A DNA stretch of 38,900 nucleotides from a virus. Lineage: Duplodnaviria; Caudoviricetes. Positions 1 through 9,959 of the stretch are shown in pieces (position 1 is the stretch's first letter; every line of letters begins with the position of its first letter). The notes under the pieces are model-generated. The model was not told the origin of the DNA and ran no database searches. It saw only the letters and a list, made by a program, of their open reading frames with translations. The stretch is from positions 1-38,900 of the IMG/VR virus record IMGVR_UViG_3300044477_000126; one strand, written 5' to 3'. A program made the translations under genes and the position numbers.

Positions 1-155
1 GTATAGAGTTCTTTTACTTCATCAAATAGAAATATTCTAGGTCTGGCCAGCTAAATATTCTAGGTCTGGCCAGCTAAATATTCTAGGTCTGGCCAGCTAA
101 ATATTCTAGGTCTGGCCAGCTAAATATAAGCATTAATCACAATATCTATAACATC
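1..155. repeat. Terminal overlap with 38723-38900 (circular or terminally redundant assembly)
   Basis: 1-155 is identical to 38723-38900 except that the end copy has one extra 23-bp unit. Confidence 0.95.
30..127. repeat. 23-bp tandem repeat AAATATTCTAGGTCTGGCCAGCT x4 (plus partial)
   Basis: Exact units at 30, 53, 76 and 99; no spacers; contains palindrome CTGGCCAG. Confidence 0.97.
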
Positions 156-359
156 ATCAATTAATATTAATGTATCATATTCAAAGCGTCCAGCTTCAAC
201 TCTAGTTCTTATATATATTTTTAGATCATAAAGGCTGCTTAATAATCTAAACCATTCAGACATTTTAATATTGTTTAACTTAGTATCTTTCTTTAATTTA
301 TTTAAATAAGTAATAACTCTTTCTTCGGTATTCTTAATATCATCTTTCATTTCACTCAC
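120..359 (-). CDS. Small hypothetical protein, paralog of 352-597
   Basis: 79 aa; IRTRVEAGRFEYDTLILIDDVI aligns with the neighbour's INNRVEFGEYNSSTLDKIDSII. Confidence 0.7.
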   Translation of the reverse strand: MSEMKDDIKNTEERVITYLNKLKKDTKLNNIKMSEWFRLLSSLYDLKIYIRTRVEAGRFEYDTLILIDDVIDIVINAYI

Positions 360-597
360 TTTCTACAATTAGTTGTAAAGCTCTTACAATTATACTATCT
401 ATTTTGTCAAGAGTAGAGCTGTTATATTCGCCAAATTCGACTCTGTTATTTATCATTGTTCTAATTATAGTCAGTTGCTCAATAAAATCTAGAATGTCTG
501 TTATTTTGCTTTCTATTATCATATTATTTAAAATATCTAAAGACTTAAGAACTTTTTGTTCAGATTCTTTAGAATGATTGTATTTCATTGTAATCAT
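352..597 (-). CDS. Small hypothetical protein, paralog of 120-359
   Basis: 81 aa; GAGGTG RBS upstream; overlaps the next gene. Confidence 0.75.
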   Translation of the reverse strand: MITMKYNHSKESEQKVLKSLDILNNMIIESKITDILDFIEQLTIIRTMINNRVEFGEYNSSTLDKIDSIIVRALQLIVESE

Positions 598-811
598 TTT
601 TTATCACCTCATTTTTTCATTGGGGTAGGGTAATAGATCTAAGGACGAAAAACTTAATTTGTTTCTTTTTGATGAAGATAAAAACTTATTGCAGCAGCTG
701 TATCATTTTTGGTATAATTAAATAGTCGATAAAAAAATAAATGAATTTAGGGTTATTTTCATTTTTGAGATGTGATTATTTAAGATCTAGTCAAACAATA
801 TGTAAAAATTT

Positions 812-842
812 AAAGAGAGTCTACTAAAAAGGCTCTCTTTTT
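812..842. terminator. Probable bidirectional intrinsic terminator
   Basis: AAAGAGAGTC...GGCTCTCTTT stem with A/T tracts. Confidence 0.55.
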
Positions 843-923
843 GTTATAATAAGATTAATAAAAATAATATAAGAGAGGTAATCTTTCTTAATTCTGCATG
901 TAGAGTATCATCTTCTAGATACT

Positions 924-1130
924 CTATTTTTGCGTTAAAGTTTTTATTAATTTATTACAATTATCTTCACACTCTTTGCATTTTAGTTCTATGTGATCTT
1001 TATAGCTAAGAATATTATTATACTCCTGCACAGTAATTTTTACATCAAACCATTCCTCACAGTATAAACAAATAGTTTTAATTTTAACTAAATCTTCTTT
1101 TTTGTTAAAATGTTGCAAACCAATTATCAT
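924..1130 (-). CDS. Small Zn-ribbon-like protein
   Basis: CLYC...CKEC pairs; GGAGG upstream. Confidence 0.6.
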   Translation of the reverse strand: MIIGLQHFNKKEDLVKIKTICLYCEEWFDVKITVQEYNNILSYKDHIELKCKECEDNCNKLIKTLTQK

Positions 1131-1209
1131 TTCATTAACCTCCAGCTATAAAATAAAACCAAAACTGAAAATATTCCAGTACTAACATTAATAATTATTT
1201 CAATGTTTT

Positions 1210-1539
1210 TCATTTCTTATTCTCCTTTTTTAAAAATGTACAGCTATCAGTAAAAAATTTGGTTAGATTCTTTGCAATATATTTAATTGATTTATCACTT
1301 AAATCAATTAATTCACAATGATTTACGGATTTACTTGTTTTGCAAATGCTATTTCCAGTGCACAAATTACATTTTATATATAATGTTTCTGAGTCTCTTA
1401 TCTTTTCATTTTTTGCATAAATGTATCTATATTCAAAATCTATAGTTCTTTTTCTTTCGCCTATTAATTTACGATATACCATTACTTTGAATATTTTTAA
1501 CATTTCCTCATCGTTTTCATTTATTACTAACCTTTTCAT
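1210..1539 (-). CDS. Hypothetical Cys-containing protein
   Basis: 109 aa; AAGGAGAA RBS. Confidence 0.7.
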   Translation of the reverse strand: MKRLVINENDEEMLKIFKVMVYRKLIGERKRTIDFEYRYIYAKNEKIRDSETLYIKCNLCTGNSICKTSKSVNHCELIDLSDKSIKYIAKNLTKFFTDSCTFLKKENKK

Positions 1540-1748
1540 TTATTATTCTCCTTTAATTTTAGTTATTCAAAAATTTTACTTTTCTTTCTAAACTTTTTCA
1601 TAATTATTACAATAAACTTTACTTTGTGTAATAATTATGATACAATGTATATATAAAATAACAAAACAAATAAAATAATTTGCTTGAATATTGCTACATA
1701 TTCAAGCTGTTAATGAATAGTAGATTACCACATCTAATATTCTAATAT

Positions 1749-3269
1749 TTATTTAAAAGCTATTATTTTTTCATCGTCACTGAGCAAGTTTAAGTTATAT
1801 TTGCAGTGTCCTTTAATTTCATACTTATTGTTTCCAGTGAGTTTGTTTGACAAATTATAAGAGTCAACAAGCTCTTTTATTGTTATATCCCACATTATGC
1901 CTTTCCAACTTCTAATTGTAGTTCTTATTTCTAATACATTTTTTTCTCTCATATAATTTTGTATATTTCTACTGCTTTGAGGCATTATATTATTCATCTT
2001 ACAATATTCCTTATAAAACATTATAAACTCATTTTTAGGTACTGTTTCGCAATCATTTGTAATATGACAATAATCTTCTACAAAACTTAATATATTATCA
2101 TTTTGTTTTTTATAAAGAATCACATTGTTGTCTGTTTTTTCTGATGTAGTAAACTTAAATCCATTTTCTATTAATCTATATAACCCAACCATTGACCAAT
2201 TTATAACTTTTTCAAGTTCTTCAGTTATTATCATTTTTGATAATCCATCAATTTTTTTTATTAGTTTTTTATCACAACTTATAACAAGCAATCTTCTTAA
2301 AAAGCCTATTGTTTTGTCTGATGTTTGTGGAAGTTTGTTGCAAGAAAAGGTTATCTTTGCTTTGTTTAAAAAGTTGAATGGATTTGAGTATAGTTCTTTT
2401 GCTTCGATAGAATCTTCTCCAGTAAGTTGTTTTATTAAACTACTATCTTTTATATAAGAGTCTGAAATATCACCACATACATTCATAGCTTTTCCAAATA
2501 ATCTTGCTGCATATTCTTGTCTGCTTAACCTTGATAGATCTACAGATGAAACAAATTCTTCGTCAAATATAGATGAAATTATCCTTATAAGAGTACCTTT
2601 TCCATTCTCTCCTTCGCCGTTAAATACACAAAATTTTTGAGCACCCATATAATTACTAAGACAATAACCAATCCACTCCTGTAGCGTTGGAATATCTTCA
2701 GGATAAAAGCTGTCTGATAAATATTTTTCAAATTTTGTTCCTTTTATACTTGAACTATTTATATTGTAGTTTGACTGAACTTGTCTTGTACTTAGAAACT
2801 TATCTGAATGTTCTTCTAATTGTTTTGTTTTCAGGTTAAACATTCCATTTCTAAAATTAATATAATCATCATCTTTATTTATTTCGTTTGGATTTATGCT
2901 GTTTTCTATCTTTATTATATTTATAACCTTGATAGGATTTTTATCTATATTTGGATCTTTTACATTCATTAACTTCATTATATCGCTTTTAAAATCATAC
3001 TTTTCATATATTCCCTTTTCAGTATTATATTTATAAATGTTTTCAGTTCCTGATATTGATATAATTTTTTGTTTTTTAAAAAACTTATCATAAAATATTT
3101 TTGGGAAAAAACTTATTATATAATTTTCACCTGAATTCTTATCTACACTCCATCTGTAATGCTGTGTATTTTCTGCTGTAACAGATGTAAGTTTTGAATA
3201 AATTTTTTCAGCTTCAATTTCACTTTCCATATTTATATTAAATTCTTCTAATAACAATTCTCTAAACAT
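1749..3269 (-). CDS. D5/P4-family SF3 replicative helicase (D5_N plus ATPase; no evident primase domain)
   Basis: YINFRNGMFNL (D5_N), Walker A GEGENGKGT, IKQLTGEDSIEA, CNKLP, GFLRRL. Confidence 0.9.
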   Translation of the reverse strand: MFRELLLEEFNINMESEIEAEKIYSKLTSVTAENTQHYRWSVDKNSGENYIISFFPKIFYDKFFKKQKIISISGTENIYKYNTEKGIYEKYDFKSDIMKLMNVKDPNIDKNPIKVINIIKIENSINPNEINKDDDYINFRNGMFNLKTKQLEEHSDKFLSTRQVQSNYNINSSSIKGTKFEKYLSDSFYPEDIPTLQEWIGYCLSNYMGAQKFCVFNGEGENGKGTLIRIISSIFDEEFVSSVDLSRLSRQEYAARLFGKAMNVCGDISDSYIKDSSLIKQLTGEDSIEAKELYSNPFNFLNKAKITFSCNKLPQTSDKTIGFLRRLLVISCDKKLIKKIDGLSKMIITEELEKVINWSMVGLYRLIENGFKFTTSEKTDNNVILYKKQNDNILSFVEDYCHITNDCETVPKNEFIMFYKEYCKMNNIMPQSSRNIQNYMREKNVLEIRTTIRSWKGIMWDITIKELVDSYNLSNKLTGNNKYEIKGHCKYNLNLLSDDEKIIAFK

Positions 3270-3438
3270 GTATTTCTCCTTTGCTCTTTGTGATAATTAG
3301 AATGTCATCACATATTTTAATTTCTATTACATCATCATTCTTTATATTCATTTTTTCCATTAGTTTTTTTGGAATTGTTATATATGAAGAATAATCATTT
3401 CTTTTTAATATTCTTCTTGTATAATTCTTGTTTTCCAT
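3262..3438 (-). CDS. AbrB/MazE/SpoVT-like DNA-binding protein (58 aa, not in ORF track)
   Basis: Hand translation MENKNYTRRILKRNDYSSYITIPKKLMEKMNIKNDDVIEIKICDDILIITKSKGEIHV; GGAGGTG RBS; stop overlaps helicase start. Confidence 0.8.
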   Translation of the reverse strand: MENKNYTRRILKRNDYSSYITIPKKLMEKMNIKNDDVIEIKICDDILIITKSKGEIHV

Positions 3439-3470
3439 TTTTTCACCTCCATTTTATTAGTTGTAAAAAT

Positions 3471-3571
3471 AGTGTACATCAATTTTAATTATAAGTCAAT
3501 ACATAAAAGTGAACATTATTTTATTTATTTATTCTTTTATTATTGACTCATATATTTTTTTAGTGTACACT
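3471..3571. promoter_or_regulatory. Divergent sigmaA-like promoters, both TTGACT-N17-TACACT
   Basis: Minus strand: -35 at 3494-3499, -10 at 3471-3476. Plus strand: -35 at 3543-3548, -10 at 3566-3571. Confidence 0.7.
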
Positions 3572-3602
3572 ATTTATATAACTTAAGAAAAGAGGAGATA
3601 AC

Positions 3603-5696
3603 ATGAAATATATTTTTAAGAACAGTGAATACAATTTTGTTAAAAGAAACAATTATAAATCAGACTGGAATTTTTATGATTCAACAAATCTCTTTAAAGA
3701 AAGAATAACAATTGCATCAAAGGACGAGATAAGAATTATTGAAGACATAATAATAATTGGAAATGAAAAACAAAATCATGATAGAAAGATAATATTTGTT
3801 GATACTCAAGAAATTAATGAAAATTCTCTTGAATATCAAATATTAATACTCTCAGACGTAAAAGGAATTAGTTCAAGCAAAGCTTCATCAATAATGAGTG
3901 ATAATGGATTTTCTACAGTAAAAGAATTATTAGAAGCTCTAAAAAACGGAAAGAAAATAAATGGAATAGGAAATAAAAGAAAGCAATTAATAGAAAGACA
4001 ACTTGAAGAAGAAATAAACAAAAGAGATTTTTATAATATAATACTTTTGCTTGATAGTAGAAATATGGCTCAAAAGTTAATAAAAGAATTTGGCGAATGT
4101 GCAATGGAGAAAATAAAATTATTTCCATATGAAACGCTCAAGCCACTGATTGGATTTAAGAAGACAGATGAAATTTGCATAAATAAGTTTAATATAGATT
4201 TAAATGATGAAACAAGAATTAAGTATTTAATAGAATATAAGTTTAATGAATTTAATTCTAAACAAAGTAATTACATTGAACTAAACGACTTTACTAAATA
4301 TTTATTAGAAAATAAAATAAATTGTTCAGTAGAGTCTATATTGAAAAATGATTTGCTATATGTTGAAAATGAAAATGTTTATTTAAAAGAAGTATATAAT
4401 GCTGAAATAAAAAGTGCAAAAATTTTATCAAAAAGTTTTTATAGAGAACTAAATAATAATATACAAGATATTATAGAAGAATATGAAGACAGAAATTACC
4501 AATTACATGAAACACAAAAAGAAGCTGTAAAAGTTCTATTTAAAGAGCCATTATCAATTCTTACTGGTGGAGCTGGAACAGGAAAAACTACAGTTACAAA
4601 GTGTGCGATTGAATGTTTAGAATCACATGGATATGAATGCATACTATTAGCACCAACAGGAAAAGCAGCATTAAGAATGAGAGAGGTTACAAATAGACAA
4701 GCTAGAACAATTCATTCTTTAACTTACATTTTAGAATCTGATGAAGATCTTGATGGAGATTATTTTTTTGATAAGTTTAAATGTAGCATAAACAGTAAAA
4801 AGATTTTAATTGTAGATGAATTTAGTATGGTCGATCAAATATTATTTTATAGATTGCTTAGGTTAATAATTGAAAAAGAGCTTAATATAATAAAAGTAAT
4901 AATGATTGGTGATCCTTATCAATTACAATCTGTTGGTTCTGGAAAAGTATTAAGTGATTTGCTTGAATCAAACAAAATAAAACATGTAAAATTAACAAAA
5001 ACATTTAGACAGCAGGAAGGAAATGTAATAATACAAGAGTCTACAAATGTTAGAAATGCTTTGCCTGTAAATGTAGAACTTAAAACAAATGAATTTTTTG
5101 TTAAGGAGTTTAGCGAACAATTACTAGATACTTTAATTGCAAAAATTAGACCAAAATTTTTATCTGATGTAGATTTTTATAGAAATGTACAAATAACAAC
5201 ATCTCTTAATAAAACATGTGATGTTATAAATGAAAAATTTAGAAGAGATAATAAAAATAGATTTGCTGTAAATGATAAAGTAATAAATTTAAAAAATGAT
5301 TCTGATAGGGGAATTGTAAATGGAGATTTTGGAATAGTTCAATCCATAAGAGAAGAACAAATAACAGACAAGAAAAAAACAGAAATAACAACTGTATATT
5401 TTTATGATTCTGAAAGAATTGTTGAGTTTACTAAAGGAGAATACAGCCAAATTAAGCTTGCATATGCAACTACTGTTCATAAATTACAAGGTTCAGAATA
5501 TGAGTATATTATAATAATTATAGATAAAGACAACCCTATTTTAAATCATAAACTTTTATATACAGCGATTACAAGAGGTAAAAAGCATGTTATAATATTA
5601 GGAGAAAAGGAAATAATTAACAAAGCAGCAACTAGAAAACAAGATTGGTTAAGAAAGACAACTTTTAAAGAAAAATTAATTCAAGAATTTAACTAA
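3603..5696 (+). CDS. recD2: RecD2-like SF1B helicase with N-terminal HhH region
   Basis: TGGAGTGKT, LLAPTGKAA, IVDEFSMVD, IGDPYQLQSVG, AYATTVHKLQGSE, LYTAITRGK. Confidence 0.92.
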   Translation: MKYIFKNSEYNFVKRNNYKSDWNFYDSTNLFKERITIASKDEIRIIEDIIIIGNEKQNHDRKIIFVDTQEINENSLEYQILILSDVKGISSSKASSIMSDNGFSTVKELLEALKNGKKINGIGNKRKQLIERQLEEEINKRDFYNIILLLDSRNMAQKLIKEFGECAMEKIKLFPYETLKPLIGFKKTDEICINKFNIDLNDETRIKYLIEYKFNEFNSKQSNYIELNDFTKYLLENKINCSVESILKNDLLYVENENVYLKEVYNAEIKSAKILSKSFYRELNNNIQDIIEEYEDRNYQLHETQKEAVKVLFKEPLSILTGGAGTGKTTVTKCAIECLESHGYECILLAPTGKAALRMREVTNRQARTIHSLTYILESDEDLDGDYFFDKFKCSINSKKILIVDEFSMVDQILFYRLLRLIIEKELNIIKVIMIGDPYQLQSVGSGKVLSDLLESNKIKHVKLTKTFRQQEGNVIIQESTNVRNALPVNVELKTNEFFVKEFSEQLLDTLIAKIRPKFLSDVDFYRNVQITTSLNKTCDVINEKFRRDNKNRFAVNDKVINLKNDSDRGIVNGDFGIVQSIREEQITDKKKTEITTVYFYDSERIVEFTKGEYSQIKLAYATTVHKLQGSEYEYIIIIIDKDNPILNHKLLYTAITRGKKHVIILGEKEIINKAATRKQDWLRKTTFKEKLIQEFN

Positions 5697-5722
5697 ACAG
5701 CTAAAAACTAGCTGTTTTTTTT
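5695..5722 (+). terminator. Intrinsic terminator after recD2
   Basis: AAACAGCTA-AAAAC-TAGCTGTTT followed by T run. Confidence 0.85.
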
Positions 5723-5726
5723 ATTA

Positions 5727-5997
5727 TTTTAGACACTTTAGACGTTTCGACATTTTCAAAAAGTAAAAACGTCTAAGAAAAAATCCTTATTCTAGAGGGT
5801 TTAGACGCAATTAGACACTTTAGACGTTTTTTTTTGAAACATTTCCTTACACACGTATATATCTTTTTATATATACGTATAAAACTTTTAAATAAAAGTG
5901 TCTAAAGTGTCTAAAGCGTCGAGTAGTATTCATTTTACTATGTTTGAAGGTTAGACGTTTTTATTTTTCAATTTTGCAAAACGTCTAAAGTGTCTAG
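5727..5997. other. Putative replication origin (P4/PICI-type iterons)
   Basis: About 6 TTAGAC(A/G)Y and 5 inverted copies around the AT-rich dyad ACGTATATA...TATATACGT (5853-5878); non-coding. Confidence 0.7.
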
Positions 5998-6319
5998 TAT
6001 TTTTTTACAATTGATATTTTATAATTATTATAGTAAATATTTGTTATTTATTGACCAAACACGAAATATCTCTATTTGATGAAGATAAAACTCAAATGAT
6101 ATCAATTATGATTGATAAAGATTAAACTTGTTCTATATGCCTTAAATTGATTCTGAGGTATATATAAATTGTATTGCTTCATCAATAATGAAATATATTG
6201 AGTTGAGAAGCTATTAAATAAGTATGTTAAAAATTATTGAATTGTGGCAATGAATTTGTCTTTATTAAAAACGCACAAGCGATAAAATATAAATATAATT
6301 TGAAAAGGAGAAAATAAAA

Positions 6320-6706
6320 ATGTTTTACTGGGAAAATGAAATTGAAATTAGTGATTTATTAGGAAAGACAATTATAGATTTTAAATATAGTGATGAAACT
6401 GAAATTTTAACAATAAAATGTGAGTGTGGTAGTATTTATGAGATGCACCATGACCAGGAATGTTGTGAAAATGTTTATCTTTATGACATAATAGGAGAAG
6501 TTAAAGATATTCTGAATAGTGAAATTTTAATGGCTGAAGAAGAAACAAGCTATGATAAAAACGAAGAAATAGATTGTTATCAAGATGAAAGTTTTACTTG
6601 GACATTTTATAAGATTGGAACAGTAAAAGGATATGTGACTCTTAGATGGTTTGGTTCAAGTAATGGATACTATGGAGAACGGGTTGATTTTGTTAAGATA
6701 CAATAA
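6320..6706 (+). CDS. Conserved phage hypothetical protein
   Basis: MHHDQECCENV...TWTFYKIGTVKGYVTLRWFGSSNGYY, a motif I recognise from many phages; AAGGAG RBS. Confidence 0.8.
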   Translation: MFYWENEIEISDLLGKTIIDFKYSDETEILTIKCECGSIYEMHHDQECCENVYLYDIIGEVKDILNSEILMAEEETSYDKNEEIDCYQDESFTWTFYKIGTVKGYVTLRWFGSSNGYYGERVDFVKIQ

Positions 6707-7164
6707 AATATTGAACAATTTTAGGAATTAGGGTAAAATATAATTAATCCTTGTTATGAACTTGAAAGCATTTAAATATTGATAATTGATAATTATTCAT
6801 GATGTTAAAATAAAGCATATTCTCCAAATTGTGCTTTATTTTTTTTGTTTATTTTTATTGATTTGTGATATAATTAAAGGGTCGTTACAATTATCTAGTG
6901 CAATTTAATTTTAAAGATTTTTTGATGGATAAAAAAGGAACTAAGTTTATTAATAAAAAATATTCTTATGTTTCTTTTTTTGTTGAAAAAATGTATAATT
7001 AATATATTCAAATTAGAAAATATACTAAAAATTTAATATTGCATATAGTTTAACATTTGCAGAAAAACACTAGATAATCCGATTTCTAGTGTTTTTTGTT
7101 TGGAAAATTATAATAAAATGATATAATTATGTTAGATAGTTAATTTTTGAAATGAGGTGATAAG

Positions 7165-7923
7165 ATGGAAAAAAGAGATAAAAAGAGTAAAAGAAGTGAT
7201 GATGAGTGGTTCGAGATAGTAGGGCAACAACTAGACTCTGGAATGAAGCCTTCTGACTTTTGCAAAATGTACGGAGTAGAATATAAAACATTTATTAAAG
7301 CAAGAGCAAGAGTAAAAGCAAAAGTTGAAATAGAAAAAAGTTTAAAAATGGGAACAAGCTTTCTAGATAAAATACAAAATATGGAGAAAGAACCACCTAC
7401 CAATATTTCTAATAAAATACAAAATATGGATAATATTGATTTTAAGGAATTAAGCGGAAAAGATATCGTAAATGATTTGAGCGGTACTGGACAAGGAAAT
7501 AACTTTGATAAGCTGTTAGGCGCTGATGATTGTGTTGAGGTGATGACTAATACAATCATTCGAAAAACTCAATATGTTCTGGATCATGAACTAAATAAAA
7601 TGTTCAATATGATGGGGCAAGAGAGAGAACTAAAACAAATTAACGTAAATAAATTAAAGGATTTATCTGTGTCTGTGCTTAGAACTGTCTATCAGAACGA
7701 CATTCAGAAAAGAAGGCTTGAACTTGAAATAATTAGGTCAAATATGGATGCGGAAAAATTATTGATCGAAAAGGAAAAATTAAAATTAGATATAGAAAAG
7801 CTGCAATTAGAGAAAATGAAGCTAGGTTTAATTAAAGATGAATCACAGACAAACGATAACGGGTTTGTAGAGGCATTAAAACAACAAGAGGATATTTGGG
7901 ACGATGAAGAAAATGCTGAATAA
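7165..7923 (+). CDS. Probable terminase small subunit
   Basis: N-terminal HTH-like segment, coiled coil, C-terminal DNGFVEALK...IWDDE typical of TerS upstream of PBSX TerL. Confidence 0.65.
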   Translation: MEKRDKKSKRSDDEWFEIVGQQLDSGMKPSDFCKMYGVEYKTFIKARARVKAKVEIEKSLKMGTSFLDKIQNMEKEPPTNISNKIQNMDNIDFKELSGKDIVNDLSGTGQGNNFDKLLGADDCVEVMTNTIIRKTQYVLDHELNKMFNMMGQERELKQINVNKLKDLSVSVLRTVYQNDIQKRRLELEIIRSNMDAEKLLIEKEKLKLDIEKLQLEKMKLGLIKDESQTNDNGFVEALKQQEDIWDDEENAE

Positions 7924-7951
7924 AATTTTTATAAAATAATGGAGGTATAAA

Positions 7952-8200
7952 ATGTTAAATAAAGTTACGGAAAAAGGAATAAGAGATCAAATAGTTAAGA
8001 CTGAATATTTTGTAGTTGGATTAAAAACTACAATTTGTTGTTTAACTTTAAAAAATGGTTTCGAAGTGATTGGGTTTTCTTCTTGTGTGGATCCAAATAA
8101 TTTTAATAAACAAATTGGTGAAGATATCGCATATGAAAATGCTTTTAACAAGATTTGGGAGCTTGAAGGATATAAGTTACAAAGCGAGTTATGTTTTTAG
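7952..8200 (+). CDS. Gp49-family phage protein
   Basis: TTICCLTLKNGFEVIGFSSCVDPNNFNKQIGEDIA...IWELEGYKL signature. Confidence 0.85.
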   Translation: MLNKVTEKGIRDQIVKTEYFVVGLKTTICCLTLKNGFEVIGFSSCVDPNNFNKQIGEDIAYENAFNKIWELEGYKLQSELCF

Positions 8201-8466
8201 GATTAAGGAAAGCAGATGAAAAAAATATAATAAAAATTTTGGCGTCTAGAATGGCATGGTATAATAAGGAAATAGATAAGAAGTTGCTTGATGATCTGAG
8301 TAGATATAGTTATATTGAAAGAAGTAGGGAAATTGCACAGATTGCAATGGAGGCTGACATATTTGAACAGGTTATTATTGATGCAGATAAAATATATAAA
8401 TGTTGTAGAAATAGAAATTTAGGCTTTATGATTCTTGGCAATGAGGTGATAAAATTAGATGAATAG
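8191..8466 (+). CDS. Hypothetical protein
   Basis: 91 aa; overlaps both neighbours. Confidence 0.6.
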   Translation: MFLGLRKADEKNIIKILASRMAWYNKEIDKKLLDDLSRYSYIERSREIAQIAMEADIFEQVIIDADKIYKCCRNRNLGFMILGNEVIKLDE

Positions 8467-9721
8467 AAGAATACAAAAATCTAATTTTAAATTTAAACAG
8501 TTTAGTCTTAAGCAGAAAAAAGTGTTGACGTGGTGGCACTATAAAAGCCAGTATGACGGAATAATTTGCGATGGTGCGATAAGGGCAGGTAAAACAGTTT
8601 CTTTAGCTGTAAGTTTTGTTATTTGGGCAATGAGTACATTCAGAGATAATAACTTTGCTATGTGTGGAAAAACTGTGGGAAGCTTTAAGAGAAATGTTTG
8701 GATGTGGTTAAAGCAGGCATTAATAAGTTTTGGGTATCAGATTCACGAGATTAGAAACGAGAACCTTGCAACAATTACCTTTAATGAAGTGTCTAATATA
8801 TTCTTCTTTTTCGGTGGAAGAGATGAATCAAGTCAGGACTTAATTCAAGGGCTTACATTGTCAGGCATACTATTTGATGAGGTTGCTTTAATGCCTGAAT
8901 CTTTCGTTAACCAAGCTACTGGTAGGTGTTCTGTGGAAGGCAGTAAATTTTGGTTTAACTGTAATCCAGATTCTCCTAAGCACTGGTTTAAAACCGATTG
9001 GATAGATAAGTGTAAAGAAAAAAACATGTTGAAGCTTCATTTTACAATGGAAGACAATCTAACTTTATCTGAATCAATAAAGGAACGATATAGATTGCGA
9101 TACTCTGGGTTATTCTATAAACGCTTTATATTAGGGCTATGGGTTGTTGCAGACGGCATAATCTATGATATGTTCTCTGAATCAAAACATGTTGTTAAAA
9201 CAGAAAATAGAGACTATACAGAGTATTATATATCTTGCGACTATGGAACTTATAACCCTTGTGTTTTTGGAATGTATGGGAAGCTAAGAGATAAGTGGTA
9301 TAAGATAGATGAATATTATTTTTCTGGCAGAGAAGCTGAGAGACAAAAAACAGATAAAGAGTATGCGGATGATTTAGTTAATTTTGCAAAAGGCAAAATA
9401 ATAAGAGGTATAGTTGTAGACCCTTCTGCATCTAGTTTTATTGCAGAGTTAAAGACTAGACAAATTGCTAAAATATATAAAGCAAAAAATGATGTTGATG
9501 AAGGCATAAAAAATTATTCAACTGTATTAAATAAAGGTGATTTATTATTTAATGACTGTTGTAAGAATTCTTTTAAGGAATTTGCATCATATTGTTGGGA
9601 TGAGAAGGCAAGTTTAAAAGGACAAGATAAGCCTTTGAAGATTAACGATCATACTAAAGATGAAGAAAGATATTTCGTAAACACAATAATGTTTGGAAGA
9701 GAAATTAAGTTTATGAGATAA
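8459..9721 (+). CDS. terL: Terminase large subunit, PBSX family
   Basis: DGAIRAGKT, FDEVAL, FNCNP, CDYGTYNP, VDPSASSF, NDHTKD. Confidence 0.95.
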   Translation: MNRRIQKSNFKFKQFSLKQKKVLTWWHYKSQYDGIICDGAIRAGKTVSLAVSFVIWAMSTFRDNNFAMCGKTVGSFKRNVWMWLKQALISFGYQIHEIRNENLATITFNEVSNIFFFFGGRDESSQDLIQGLTLSGILFDEVALMPESFVNQATGRCSVEGSKFWFNCNPDSPKHWFKTDWIDKCKEKNMLKLHFTMEDNLTLSESIKERYRLRYSGLFYKRFILGLWVVADGIIYDMFSESKHVVKTENRDYTEYYISCDYGTYNPCVFGMYGKLRDKWYKIDEYYFSGREAERQKTDKEYADDLVNFAKGKIIRGIVVDPSASSFIAELKTRQIAKIYKAKNDVDEGIKNYSTVLNKGDLLFNDCCKNSFKEFASYCWDEKASLKGQDKPLKINDHTKDEERYFVNTIMFGREIKFMR

Positions 9722-9948
9722 TGAGGAATAAAATGGATATATTAAAGGCTTTACTTTGGACATTTGTAATATATTTTTCTTTTTTAATTATATTTAAGTT
9801 TTTTACAAATTTTAATGATAATATTAATTATAGAAATGTAGCAAGCAGCACAATTGTAACAGCTAGTGTAGTTACAGGAAGCTTTGTAAGTGTTGATGAT
9901 ACACTAAAAAAGGTTGTGTATGGCTGCGAAAATAATAAAATACAGTAG
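9721..9948 (+). CDS. Small membrane protein inserted between terL and portal
   Basis: Hydrophobic N-terminal helix; TAATG coupling to terL. Confidence 0.55.
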   Translation: MRNKMDILKALLWTFVIYFSFLIIFKFFTNFNDNINYRNVASSTIVTASVVTGSFVSVDDTLKKVVYGCENNKIQ

Positions 9949-9959
9949 GAGGAAAAACA

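Noticed and set aside
30-127. CRISPR array
   Set aside because: Units are contiguous with no spacers, and no cas genes are present
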